DNA of 64,000 bases. Origin: Ascidiella aspersa (lineage: Eukaryota). This document shows, piece by piece, positions 11,193 through 23,744 of this stretch. Below the pieces are notes generated by a model, which searched no databases, was not told where the DNA came from, and saw only the letters and a program-made list of their open reading frames with translations. The stretch lies in the NCBI GenBank assembly GCA_963924565.1, contig OZ004611.1, forward strand, positions 24,428,001-24,492,000. Direction: 5' to 3'. The position numbers were made by a program, and so were the translations under genes. Numbering within the stretch: the first letter of the stretch is position 1; each line of letters opens with the position of its first letter.

Positions 11193-14100
11193 ATGGTGCA
11201 TATGATGCATTTCTTTGTCGACGATCAACGTTCCGATAAACAACGTAAGTTTAAGTTTAAAATAAAAACTTATATCGCAAGTATGATTTAAGCATTTTAC
11301 AGACGTAATTTCGCAGTTTTTCCTGATTGAAATTAGTGGACGAGCGAAATGTGCTTTTTTATTAGGATGTTAAAGTTTACGGTTAGAATTTTATAAAGTG
11401 TTGTATGTAAGGTTGATGGCCTTAAGGTTTTACGTATACCAAGCAGCGACGTAATATATCCAGCTCAGCCGTCTTTGACACGATAATATGTATTAAGCAC
11501 AGGCGCCCAGCAAACTTGCAAGTTCATGTTTTACTTAACTTTTAAAAAAGTTGATTAAAGTTAACAAATTTGGCACTGGTCTAGAATCCTAGCACAGCGT
11601 TAAAACAACAATTATTACACAAATGCATATTATTGGTGTCGGTTAGTGTTTGTGTGAGGGTAAGTCAAGTTTTATTATTTAATAATATTGCTTAACCTAC
11701 CCAAACCCAAACAGTAACCCACACCCTAACCCAAATAATGTTCGTTGTGGTAGGATTCTAAACCAGCACTACAAATTTAAATGTGTTTTCACATGGTGGC
11801 TGGTAAGATTACTATGGCCAGCTCACGTATTGCCCTACGAGTCAGCAGTCAAACGCTGCACCGCTAATTGTTTTAACAATGCAACAATGTCACGTGTAAC
11901 TTTAAACAGAAGTGCGTCGTTAGCACTCGGACCGCCCACGCGGGCTTTTTATTAGCAATTGATGGCGCGCGCCGATCTCGTGGTTCGGAGTGCAACCGAG
12001 CCTCAATAAGTATAAATCAACACGCCAGTCGTATAATTGCGGGACAATATACAGACTACTGTGTGTTGTACTTGCCTTAGCAGACCAGCGAAGACGGGCA
12101 GGCTTAAGACTGTTACGTAAGCAGCTGTGGAGGCCGTTGTTGGGTTTTTAATCGATACGCTTGACTCATGTCGTTTGATTTTAATTAATCGGCCAGCGAC
12201 GTCTTTGATGTAGCTGTTCCGCGCTTGCGATTTTTTTAAATAGTTGTCGCATTCAAGTATTTTGTATTTTGTGAAAGTTAGAAATTACCGGAAAATACCC
12301 AGTTATCCGAATTAATTCTCACTGCTTGTTTGACGTGGTACTAACTGTGGTTTTCCTTAAATACGGTTACAGTTTATTTGTGTCTCTTGTCAGAATAAAA
12401 AAGCGGGAAACTACTTCTATCGAAATTCGGCAACACTATCTGTATTCCGGGCTTAAAACTAAATATCAAACTTTCTTTATACGTTTCCGTTTCCGTTTTG
12501 CCTGACATTGGCGATGATTGCAAATCTTTTATTTTTGTCTTACAGGCCGCGAAACCACGCCACAGGTTCAGATCGACCAGTTTATCCAGGAGCTTTCGGG
12601 CGAACGGCATGACGCCGAGGCTCCGCTCTTTTCCATGACCAGCAACGAAGACACCTGCTCGACCCTGATGCAGCCCGAGATTCCACCGACCAACTGCAAC
12701 GGCGACTTTGCCTTCCCCAGCACAACCGTACAAGAACCAGTCGCGAACGGCGGCGACGTTCAGACCCTGCTCTTCGGCCCGCCAATCTTGCAGCGCCAGT
12801 ACTCCATTTCAACAGTCCTGGAAATGATAGAGGACCACACGATTTCGGATCGCACGCGCGAAAACCAGAACACTCCAAGCCCTGCCGTAAATATACCCGA
12901 ATCCCAGAATCGCTACAGCAACTTCAGAGCCCTTCCCGCCGACTGCAAAGCTTCCTACGCTCAGCCGTCCTCCGACCGCTACGGTAATTCCCCGGCGCGC
13001 AGCGGGGTCTCCTGCAGCCCGCTGCCCCCGACCCCCTTCGCCAACTACCAGGACCTTTCCGACACCCCCAACTCATCACAGTTCGACCTCAATGAAGCCC
13101 CAAATGCCATCCTGGGTAAGTGTTTTTTTGCATATTAAAAAATTCGCTTTCAAATTATTTTTTGTTTTGATAAATTAATGCTAAATGTTATTTTCTGGTT
13201 GACTTGTGAGACGTTTTAAACAGGTCCATTTCGTAGAATTATGTCACATTTTATCCTCACTAGTCCTTTTTACCGCTTGTAAAATTGATTAGTCATTTAC
13301 ACCTTTGCCGGACAACGAACGACATCATAACTCAAAGGTTTCGATAAAACCGCCGCCGATTTCGATAAACCGCCGTTCCACCATATACAAAACAATTCAA
13401 ACGAAAAAAATAAAAATTGGCCTGAAAAATCACGCCGCCATTTTGATTTTCGTGCCGCCTTTTACGATCTCCTGCAGCAGCAGCAGTTGGCAAAAAGTAC
13501 GCCCACTCACAAAGGAACACGTGACGCTGATCAGAGCGACTGGCCTGCCTCGGCACGCCTACGCATTTGGCGCGCGCCCGTACTGTGCTGCTTCTGATAG
13601 CGGCAGGTGACATGTACAGTCGACTAATTGTTTCTCACGGGTTCGCCTGATCGTCGGCCCGCGCTTATTTACATTCGCCCTAACTCCCCGAAAACGGCCC
13701 TAGTCGGATCACGTTACGCGGGCCCGGGCCGCGGGCCGCTTTAAAATGGCCCAGACTGCCTTTTAAGCACGGATTTTTGCCCCGTTTGGCAAGTTTTTGT
13801 GGCCGCTTAGTGGCCACACTTTTTTCAGCACTGATTTGGCGAAAGCGGGTTGCAACAAAAAAACAAAAAAGCTGGAAACAGTCGCTTTTAAAGTGGCCCC
13901 GCAAAAACGACCATGTAATCGGGTTTAAAGCTCGCTTTTCGCGCCCGACGCTGCTTGCCCGGGCACGCCCTTGAGATTAGGCGCGTCCGGTTGTGAGTTG
14001 CATCATCACTCGTTATTGTTCCATAGGCCGATCGATTATTTTAGAGTAATCGCGCGGAAAGCGAAACACTTCAAAGAAACGCAATAACACGTGCCAAGCC

Positions 14101-14826
14101 AACGACGGCGGCCAAGTCCCTTTCATCTCTAATCGAATAACTGTTTACCCATTAGGAGCACGAACGTTTGTTTTGAACTTAAAAATAGCAAAGGTTATTT
14201 AAACGCTTCTTTTGTATTTTACAGAGGTCGACACGACGATTTTCGAAACAACGTGCACAGGAATCCAGGAGACAAGCCATACGCCGCCGCCTCCGTTCAC
14301 ATTCAACAGTAACAACAACCTCCAACAAAAACAGCACTGCGATTCTCCGGTATTCGGTTCGGCACCGCTCCAGTACGTCGAATTATCCCGTCACCAGGAA
14401 CCAGCACAATCCGACAACCACCACCGACTGCTCACGAACGCAAGCTCGTGCCCGAACTTCGAGCCGATCAGCTCGCCGGAGACTGTTTTCGACATGGACC
14501 TGGACTCGAGTCCGGGCGTGTCGCGGCGCACCGTGTCCTGCTCGTCGTACAGCCCCTACAGTCCGATCTCGTTGGAGCTGGAGGAGATCGCCAGCATCCC
14601 GGAGGAGGAGTTCAACAAGCTGGACCGCACCGATCAGCGTCGCATCCGAAACAACATCGCATGTCGCCACTCGCGCATGAGACGCAAGCAGAAGAAGATT
14701 GAGAATGAGCGGAAGGCTGTTGGCCTCGAAAACGAGAATATCGAGCTGCGCAAACAGATCAGGCGTCTCGAGCTCGAGTGCAGCCGCACCAAGGCCACGC
14801 TGCTGCGTCGTATGAGCGAAACGTAG
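11193..14826 (+). CDS. DDIT3-like: bZIP transcription factor A, DDIT3/CHOP-like with intact basic region; exons 11193..11244, 12546..13115, 14225..14826; ~407 aa
   Basis: All joins are GT-AG phase 1 and keep frame (CAAC|GTAAGT; TTACAG|GC; CTGG|GTAAGT; TTTACAG|AG). C-terminal RRIRNNIACRHSRMRRKQKKIENERKAVGLENENIELRKQIRRLELECSRTKATLLRRM. bZIP call is certain; first exon and CHOP orthology are less so. Confidence 0.85.
11572..11770. mobile_element. Merlin-like fold-back MITE in intron 1 of bZIP gene A
   Basis: GGCACTGGTCTAGAATCCTAGCACA...TGTGGTAGGATTCTAAACCAGCACT; perfect TSD ACAAATTT (11564-11571, 11771-11778); CCCTAACCC internal arm. Confidence 0.85.
12011..12122 (+). promoter_or_regulatory. 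Putative proximal promoter (P2) and ATG-less alternative first exon (~12040..12116) of bZIP gene A
   Basis: TATAAAT at 12011-12017; donor TTAC|GTAAGC at 12116/12117 overlapping a TTACGTAA palindrome; sequence similarity to the TATA and leader of gene B. Confidence 0.55.
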
Positions 14827-15900
14827 CTCTGCTCCAGCGCGAGAAAAACTCTTTTCGGCATCTGCTGCTGTGCGAGAAACTGAGACAGTTTTGCCTGCGT
14901 CCATGTACAAAGGACAAGTGCTGTAATTTTTCTTCCATCGCTATTAAGACCTAGAACCTGTTCTTCGGCATAGATGAGCAGTGTTCGCATGAAAGCACAT
15001 ATTTGCTTTTCCTGTTGTTTTCTATTTAAAACAAACGAATGACTTATTTTGTAAATCGCAGTAATCCTTTAACTTAACGAACACGCTGTTCTGAATTCAT
15101 ATTCATCTGTACAGATGCTCTATTTTCCCTATTTAAAATTTTCCCGCCTTTGATACTGTTTTTTGCTGTTTTGTTCTTTTTTTCATTCTTTCTTTTGTTT
15201 TGTTCCTGTTTGTTTTATGTCGGTATCAATCATTGTGAGTCCTGAGAACGAATTGGTAAGCGTAACAATCTCTATTCCACTGCGGCCTATCCAACTCCAA
15301 TCCAAAAATTAAGCCTATTAATTTTGTCGCAAACCTATAAAGTTGCGACCGACGAAATTCCATCCATCGATTTCAATCTATTTATATTTATACCTAGAAA
15401 ATGCGGAAAAATGAAGAAGGAGGGTTGTTTAGCGGATTTCGTAGTATTTTGTTGTCTTTCAGTTCCTTGAGGTGCCATATTGTGAATGTCGGGTGGTGGT
15501 GTTCTTGCCAAACTATATTCCTGTGATCGTTTTGTGTATGAATGAGAAACTTGCGCCAGTTTCCTCTGTAATTTTGGCCATTGCCTTGCAAGTTCCCTGT
15601 TTAATGTTTTTGTTTCTTTTTTGTTTTGTTTCTTTTTCGTGGTCTGTCAGCTGCTTGCAAAGGTTTGAATCTGGAGTGCCTTTTACCGATCACTGATTTA
15701 GAACGCTGGCGTTTCGATATCCCTGTGTCTGCTTGCTCTGCTACGGTCGTGCTGGCTGCGGCCGCTGGTTAGAGGGAAATTGTTTGTTTGTTTGTTTCTG
15801 TGTTTTTTGTATGTGTTTCTCCAAACGACGTGAGGCTGACACTTCCACTTCTTTTTCCTTTTCTTTTTCTTGTACTTATTTTTGTGAAAAAATAAACATA
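14827..15900 (+). other. Probable long U-rich 3' UTR of bZIP gene A
   Basis: T-rich tracts after the stop; AATAAA at ~15890 followed by a TG/T-rich region. Confidence 0.5.
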
Positions 15901-16284
15901 TAAAAACTCAAAACTTTATGTGCGAATTTTGATGTGTAAATTAAAAACAACAGGTTAGATGTCTGTAGGAAGGCATAAAGTTAACGAATGATAAGATAAT
16001 AAAGATTATTGAGATGCCTCTTAAAGACAATTTGCGTATTAACAAACATTACTAAAATAAATTGATACAAGTTGGTAAATTTGCCAAAATACTTTGTTTA
16101 TTGCGACGACAAACAGAAATTTGTTTTCTCTGCTTGTCTTGTATTGTATTATAGGTAAGCTCTCACGTGAAAGTTATAGGAGGGTGATTATAGTCAGCAG
16201 AAACTCAAACTATGAAATTGAGTTTGGCACAAAACTGTGAAATCATAAATGTTGTACTCCACGTTTTATAAATAGCCTTTGAGA

Positions 16285-16756
16285 CAGGGATGTCCAACAG
16301 GCGGCACGCGTGCCACATTTGGTAAAAAAAAATAATAAAAAATGAAAAAAATAAAATAAAAAATGGTACGCAAGCCCTTCCCAAAAAATACTAAGTTTGT
16401 TATACAGCCAATTGCCATTATTTGTTCACGATATAAAACAATCGCGGCACTCACGACAACCAACAATTACTTTTGATATAATAACATTATACTGTGTGGC
16501 ATTCACTATAGCATTCACATAATATTATATAGCTTGGTGTGAACAAACAAAAGTCAGCTCAACGAGAGACACTTTGATGTAGTGATGCGCATTTCTACTA
16601 GACAGTTTTTTTTTCAAGTTTAAATAAACGTTCTTATTTTTGGTAAAAAAGCGCTTTTATGATTAAAAAGAATTGGTTCGGTTACGAAACTTTGGCACGG
16701 GAAGAAGTTATAAGATAAAAATTGGCACGCCGGCATGGTTGAATTGGATACCCCTG
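16285..16756. mobile_element. Non-autonomous hAT-like MITE
   Basis: TIRs CAGGGATGTCCAA / TTGGATACCCCTG; TSD CTTTGAGA / CTTTAAGA (7/8); subterminal TGGCACG motifs. Confidence 0.8.
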
Positions 16757-17261
16757 CTTTAAGACAATTGAGAAGAAACGCTTGTGGATGATTTCCATGT
16801 AAAACAACAGGCATTGTAACATGACTGTACACTAAGATATTCTCACTGGAATACAGTTTTGCAGCATACAGGCGAATTCAAAATGGACGACGGGACCATC
16901 AGAGCAGATTGCAGGAGCGATAAGGCAGCTCGGCCTTAAAAGTACGTAATTACACATAATTTGCAGCACGCAGCGTCGGACGGTTAATAAGCGGGGCCAG
17001 TTGTGTCACCAACACGTCGCAACCCCGCTATTATTTGCCCATGTGTGTGTGTGTGTATTATTTGCTTCTTGTCGAATAGAGGGCACCTGTTGACCCGCCG
17101 CGAAAACATTAACGCCCGGCAAACAATGGAGACCCCGTGATGAGAAGCTCTGAGACCGAGCTGTTTTCGGCTTAAGCGCCTAATAAACCGACAAACTTAT
17201 ATCGCTTCTGTTGTCGGAACTTGCTTGACTGCTATTGATTGGCAGCGTGCTGACGATTGGT

Positions 17262-17669
17262 TATTGTTGTGAACAAGTTATTTTGAAATGAGTTGGGTCC
17301 AAGTCATGTCATTCGCAAAAAAACTTAAGTCCAAGTCTTTTTCAATACATAACAAGTCAAGTCCCAGTCCAACTCATAATTGGAGCCCAACTTCACGTCA
17401 AGTCCTTGTCATAAAAATAAAACTTAAACTATTACAACTGGTAAACTCGCCCGATTATGAGCAATAATTGAAGTAAAAAACATAAACGCAACTTAGTATC
17501 CAAATTGTTTTATGTGCAAAAATCAAATCCAATTTAATAAATAAATGCCTAATAAAAACATATATTTTAACCCACGTCATTTGTCCAAATGACTTAAATC
17601 AAGTCAAGTAATTTGAAATCAGTGACTTAAGTGCACTTAAATCAAGTCATTGACTTAATTACAACACTT
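17262..17669 (+). mobile_element. hAT-like CAAGT-repeat MITE copy
   Basis: TATTGTTGTGAACAAG...TTACAACACTT termini; TSD CGATTGGT / CAATTGGT (7/8); colinear with 22868-23269. Confidence 0.8.
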
Positions 17670-18732
17670 CAATTGGTAAGAAACACGAAAAAGTTTAGTA
17701 CAGCAATATTTTCCAAACTTTTTGGTTCCCGGGACGTTGCGAGCTTTTGTTAATTGCAGTCATTTAAGCACAGCAGCGTTTCTGTTTGCTTTAGACTTAT
17801 GCCCTTACTGCCATATGAAGCCATTTGGCACATATTGCGTAACAATTAAACACGAAACACGCTTTGGGGATTGAAACATATCTGGCCAGTAATGTTTTAC
17901 ACTGTTTGTTTTTTGTGATAAGTTAGCATGCCGAGAAAGTTACTCCTTGAACTTCATTCCCACTAACATTTGTTTTGGCGAACAATAAATGGATAATCTT
18001 CATTTAAGGAAAAAAAGGTCAATCACCAAACCGCCAGCATAAAATCGCCTCTCGTAAACCACTTTTTCACCAAAGTCAAGCTCAAGCATCAAGGGCGCGA
18101 GGGTTGGTGTTCTTTTACGCTTTAAGCTGCATTCAACAAAGGATTGAGACAAAGCACCTCGCTAAGTTGCAGCAAATGGTGCAAAGCTGCCAAAATAATC
18201 GCCCGGCGGGGTTTCACAATCAGCAGCCCTCCCCCCTATCTGGGTCGCGCAGGTTAAGTGTATTTCTGGACTCGAGTTACCGTTCGCCTTATCGCTCTGT
18301 CGAAGAACCGTAGCGCGGCAATAGAACCAGAAACCGTTTAGCTGTAAACAAACCGAGGGCGGCGGGGACAATGCGATATAAGTCCACGGCACTCGACTGA
18401 AATAGAAACGAGGCTACTTGTGCGCGAACCCGCCTCTGTAACGACTGTGACTCATCCCCAGCCGACAGAACCCTTTCATTGTGTGGCGAAGGTGAATTAA
18501 ATCGGGAGAATATGGTTGGAAGCTTTCGGCCCGCTGGATGTCTAGACTTTTTGCAGCTTTAGACAAAAACTGGGGAAATTCGGCAATCTTGCAAAAAAAT
18601 CTGCTGGAAACTCGGCAATTCTGCAAAGTTTGTATAAATAATATTTTTTTAGGTTTTCATTACTTCATGTTTTATTTCTATATATGTTGGCTTCGAACTC
18701 ATTTGCTTATTTCCGTCGTATTTATCTAAAAG

Positions 18733-19042
18733 CAAGGGTGGGCAACCTTTTAAACTTGTCGCGGCTGAAAACCAACCTCGGAAAAGTCTCTGTGGGCCGT
18801 CATAAATTTTAATTGACAATTATGCATTCAGATACAATGAGTTGGCGAAACTTCCGTTGTCGATAGTTCCCAGGGTAGACATTACGCTTTAGGGCTGAAA
18901 ATTTGTTGCATTTACCTATAGTAGAAATAGCCAAGCAACATCAGGAATAGCCTCTTACCCATTTAGTAAAGGAGGTGGTGGGTCGGATGATATTCATTGG
19001 CGGCCCGGATTTGAACCGCGGGCCGTAGGTTGCCCGACCCTG
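18733..19042. mobile_element. hAT (Charlie/Buster-like) MITE
   Basis: CAAGGGTGGGCAACC...GGTTGCCCGACCCTG termini with GGCCCG/CGGGCC subterminal motifs; degenerate TA-centred target site. Confidence 0.7.
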
Positions 19043-22000
19043 ATTTAAAGAAATCAAAACGCGATGTCGAAACAATGTAGCGTTTCAAATTGTTACATTA
19101 TGTCATGTGTTGATGCAGTGTGTGCCAACATATAATTATAAACAAATTCAATTTCAAAACATAAACAACAGCATACAATCACTCGTCTTAGGTTTTGGTG
19201 CTTTATAAAAGTGCAGCAAAATATAGAACTTAATGCGTTATTATATTCTCGTTAAACTAATCTGCCGTGCGTCCGAAAAATTACCTTTTCCTTGTGCTCC
19301 TAAGTAAAGATCTATGGCGATTTAAAACTCGTCAGGGCTTCTATGTAAACACGGCCGCAACAAATTTCGTAGTTAATCCGATGATTACACGACGCAAGTT
19401 GTCGCCGCCGTGTTTATTTGTACAAGTTCGTTTTACATAGAGTTCGACGAACGTTCGAGAAAGCGCTTTCAGCGGGCCCGGATAATTTTAGGGCGTTATC
19501 GACGGTGTCAAGTTCGCATGATTTGCAACTTGCAAAACTATACACGCTTGCGGCAGATTTGGCCAAATCCTTGCGATAATAAACAAAGGGGTTTTCCGAC
19601 AAGGAAATGCAACGCCACCACGTAGAAAGGGGAAAAGTGCCTTAAGCCAGTTAACGCAGTAAAAACTAAATCAGTCTTTTTTAGTGATATTAGTCACTAG
19701 GTCCAAAAAACACACACACAATATTTGGGCGAAAAAGGTGGACCCGACGATTTCGGTGCTTATCTGTGTAATCTGTCATAGAGGACGAAATCTAACTCTA
19801 TGAACAACACATATGGAAAAATATCATTTTATTTTTGTATTCTACTCGAACACAAAAAGTTTTATCTAGATTAGACAGTAGCCAATAGAGCAAAAATCAG
19901 ATTCATAAAGATCCTCAAATACCCATATAGCAAACAAATAGAAGCTGCACCCTTGTTGGGAACCACTGCCTTAACACAACGCTAATAAGGCCAAAGTCGC
20001 ATAAGGTTAAAAAAATAATATATAACAAATTAATAACGCAAAATGTCAAAAAGGCTCGGTTTTAACAGGTGTCCGGGCGACGGGCGGGTTTATAGCGGCC
20101 ATAAACGCGAGACTATTATGTCTCGGCAAAATCGAGAAAAGGGATTAAGTCTTCGGGTTTCACTCGGGCCGTAGGACGGGAATCCTATGGCGTTTTATCT
20201 CGATCGGATAATCATCTGTATATTGTCCCGTCGCGACGGGGCAATTGGCTTGCGCAGATATCGCGAACTTAAAATGTTAGGGTGGCGACGTGTCGCACAC
20301 TTGTAGATAAGTTTTAAGCGGCACCCGTTCAGGTGACCTTGGAGATGTATAAGAATAACCAAAAAAGGGAGTCGTTTCGACCTTGGCTCAGACCTGACAA
20401 GGCGTACAACATATTTTCGCTGCTTAGTTTTGTTATACCTTCACTACAAAAATACTACTGTAAATGCGTATAATAATCTATATCAGCTAATTCGATCTTT
20501 GGCTATTTAAGGATCGTAGCTTGTACGAAACACTGGGAAGGTAAGATTTTTGCCTTCGTACAACCTAAGTAAGCGTACAACCGTTTCCAATGTTTAACGT
20601 TTTTTTTTAACTTCACTATACAAATATGTTAACAGTAGGTTTTTGCATCCATGGTAAATATAAAAAATAATAATCCGAACACTCCTTTGCGCAAGTAACA
20701 ATTTTAGCGTCGGTTGTGTTGTACCATGCGGTTGATGTGAACTCCCTAAGTGTTCAAAACTAAATCTATCGCTTCGGCGATATGCAAATGAGAGTCGGGC
20801 GCCGCGTTCAGGGCGTAGTCTTTATGTTGCTTGCGGAGCCGAGTAATGGTGTATTGCTTTAAAACGCGCATGGTAAAGCTGAATGTTGCCCTTCAAATTT
20901 CAAACAAGGGTTGGCGCCACAATTCATTACAAAGCCGCCTCGTCGATAAAGCGTATAGACGGTACAAGCGCGCCCTGTGAAAGCTTTTCTCCTTTTAGCT
21001 CGTGTTTCCAAAGGCTTCCAAATAAGGATGTTGGATACACCTGTTTATGGCGATGCGTCAGTCCAATTAAGCTAACACTACTATTTGGCAACATGGCACT
21101 TTAAATGTGGCAAAACTGACGTGATGCGACAGATTGCGAAGCAAATCACCCAAATATCGCAAAATATTGGCTTAGAAGTAAAACAAGAAAAATTCAACTT
21201 TAATTCCTATCACTATATTCCTAAATGTATGGTATTTGGAAGCTTTAAAATGTCGAATTAGCTGTCAATTCGAAAGGTTTGAAACTGCTTGGGCCTCTAC
21301 TGCGAAACGTGCATAGACAAACTTTTCGATCCCTGTTAATAACCCGAATTAGCTGTATTACAATTAAAAAATCTCACAAACATAAAAAAAAATGATAAGA
21401 ATGTTTGCAAAAGAAAACTTCGCGTTAATAGTAAAGAGTAATTATTGTATGGACTAGCGTTTTTACGCATTATAATCTCCTTTCTCACTCAAGCAATAAC
21501 AACGATTCGCCATCCCTGATATGTTATGTGCCAGGGGTGACCAACACTCTTTAACCAGTTTTATGCAGCTCTTATGTTTGAGTTGCCACATTTTGAAAAA
21601 CTAAAAATCGCTAAATGTAGACAAACGTTGCCTTACATTTAAAAGCAATCCGCCAATTTCCTGGATCCCCGGTTTAGAAAGCACTGGTTTACGGCATAAA
21701 CCATCGCAAAGCGGCCGCGTAGGCGCCAGCATGTACCTTTGTGAGAATATCCATTGCCACCCTCATATTTGCCGAGCGGCGGTCGGTCGCGTGTAAGTTT
21801 GGAGTCGCTCTTTGGCACACTCCCTCCTGTTTTCGCGACGGCGCCAATTCAAAGGTCGTCATCGCGCAGTGACGTCACGAATTGTTGTTCGGCCTTCGAA
21901 AAGGCCCTCTTTCTCTTTGTTTCCCGCTTGTCGCGTGCGCCGGCCTAGTTTGGGGCGAAGGCGCGCTCGCCCCAAATCGCTACCTTTGGTAAAGAGTCTT

Positions 22001-22867
22001 GCGGTTGCGCTGCAAGTCTGTTTTCCTTAATATTGTTCTACGGCGCACCACTGCTAAATTCGATTTCAAAACATTAAGGTCTTTAACTCCATGCGATAAT
22101 ATTTTCCATTCATTTTTGTCTGATTGTTTTAGAGCGATAGACGCTTGCGCTTCACTTTATAAAATTCCTTACCTTAAACCAGTAATTTTCAAGTGTGCCT
22201 TGGTACATTTTGTAAATCAAAAAAAAAACTATTCGTGTTACATAAAGGCATTCGAGCAATCACAAGTGGACACCTACTTTCAATACGATAACCGGAAACG
22301 GTATTATTTGGAAGTTGTTAGGTGTTGTGATGTGTTAACGCGATTTTTTTATATGATTAGTGCGCTGCGAGATAAAATTATGCACCGGAAAATCACACGT
22401 TAAACCCCATCGCCGAAGAGTTCCGCTTACGACACGTGGATGATAAGTTGTACGAACTACCCTACTATCGCAACCCTTACAAAGCATATATATATTTCCC
22501 GAACGCCGAATTAAGAGAGTGGAGCCCCTCGTTTACTTAACAACCCGCTACATCGGAGTAGCGCTTCCAAACAAAAAGCCAAACACGGCCTTGGCGACGG
22601 TTCGAACAATAGATCGCTCGTGACTGGAAATTGCCGCTTTCGCTCTAAGCCTCCAGATCTAATTTCCCCTTTACGCCAATCACTGCCCAACGAAACGGAA
22701 CACTTCTATGGCCGCTATTAAATTGGCCGACATTGTGCCGTTATGGGGAAATTGCCGATTCGAGACAGGCTGGATATTAGATTTTTGCTCTTTTACAAAG
22801 GTCAAATCGCTTTTTGGACTTGAACTTATATATAACGTAAAACGAGGTATTTTTTGTGTACTTAAAG

Positions 22868-23269
22868 CAGTGTTGTAAACAAGTCATTTGAAATGACTTA
22901 ATTCCAGGTCAAGTCATTTGTAAATAACTAAAGTCGAAGTCAAGTCTTTTTGAATAAATATAATTAGAGAAAGTCAATTTCAAACCAAGTCCTTGCCATA
23001 AAACTTTACCTTAACATATTAAAATTGGGTAAATTGTCCGATTGTGAGCAATGCATCAAGTTAAAAAAACAAAAACGCAATATATAACAAACAAATTGTT
23101 GTGCAAAAACTTGGATGAACAGCCAAATTTTACAATAAAATGCTTATTGAAAACATTTTATTTCAACCCAAGTCATTTGTCTAAAAGACATAAGTCAAGT
23201 CAAGTCATTTGAAAACAGTCACCTAAGTGCACTTAAGTCAAATCATTAACTTAAGCCATTACAACACTT
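22868..23269 (+). mobile_element. hAT-like CAAGT-repeat MITE copy
   Basis: CAGTGTTGTAA...TTACAACACTT; TSD ACTTAAAG / ACTTTACG (6/8); CAAGTCA arrays at both ends. Confidence 0.8.
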
Positions 23270-23744
23270 ACTTTACGTCTAGAAAAAGTTTGTGGTCGCT
23301 GTTTCGATTTTACATTCTATTTGAGTGAAAGTTAAACGAACCCGAACGACGCTTTACTGTCTTGCGAACTACCAATGTAGCAGTACAATGCCAACAGGTT
23401 GTACGGTGGTGACATTGGATTAAACATTATTATCAGTGCGGAATAGTATAGACTCGCTATTGACACAGCTTGCGGCGTTACATATGTTCAAATAAAATTC
23501 GCGCAATACAGAATTAGCGCTCTTCCAGCTAAACAAATCCGACGTCGGCAACCTGAGAACCGCAGTGTTGTTAGATACCAGCTCGTGGCCCCGTGATATG
23601 ATCTCCTTGTAATCATATGGATAGTTTTACAATTTTTATTTTTACACAAATCTTCCGAAATTTCAGTTAAATGTTCCTTTCCAATAAGAACTTTGGTAAA
23701 ATTGTCTACCAACATATAACAATATCATCTTTAATTAAATATTC

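Noticed and set aside
14640-14826. Calling the bZIPs canonical C/EBP, PAR (HLF/TEF/DBP) or ATF4
   Set aside because: No NNxAVxKSR Val, no PAR domain or ENQI motif, no ATF4 QNKxAAxRYR; the zipper resembles CHOP best. Phylogeny is still needed.
14383-14990. Antisense and alternative-frame ORFs of 175, 118 and 84 aa (similar ones at 12374-12878, 52476-52798, 56595-56937, 57807-58157)
   Set aside because: Shadows of GC-rich bZIP exons; no domain features or independent splice structure.
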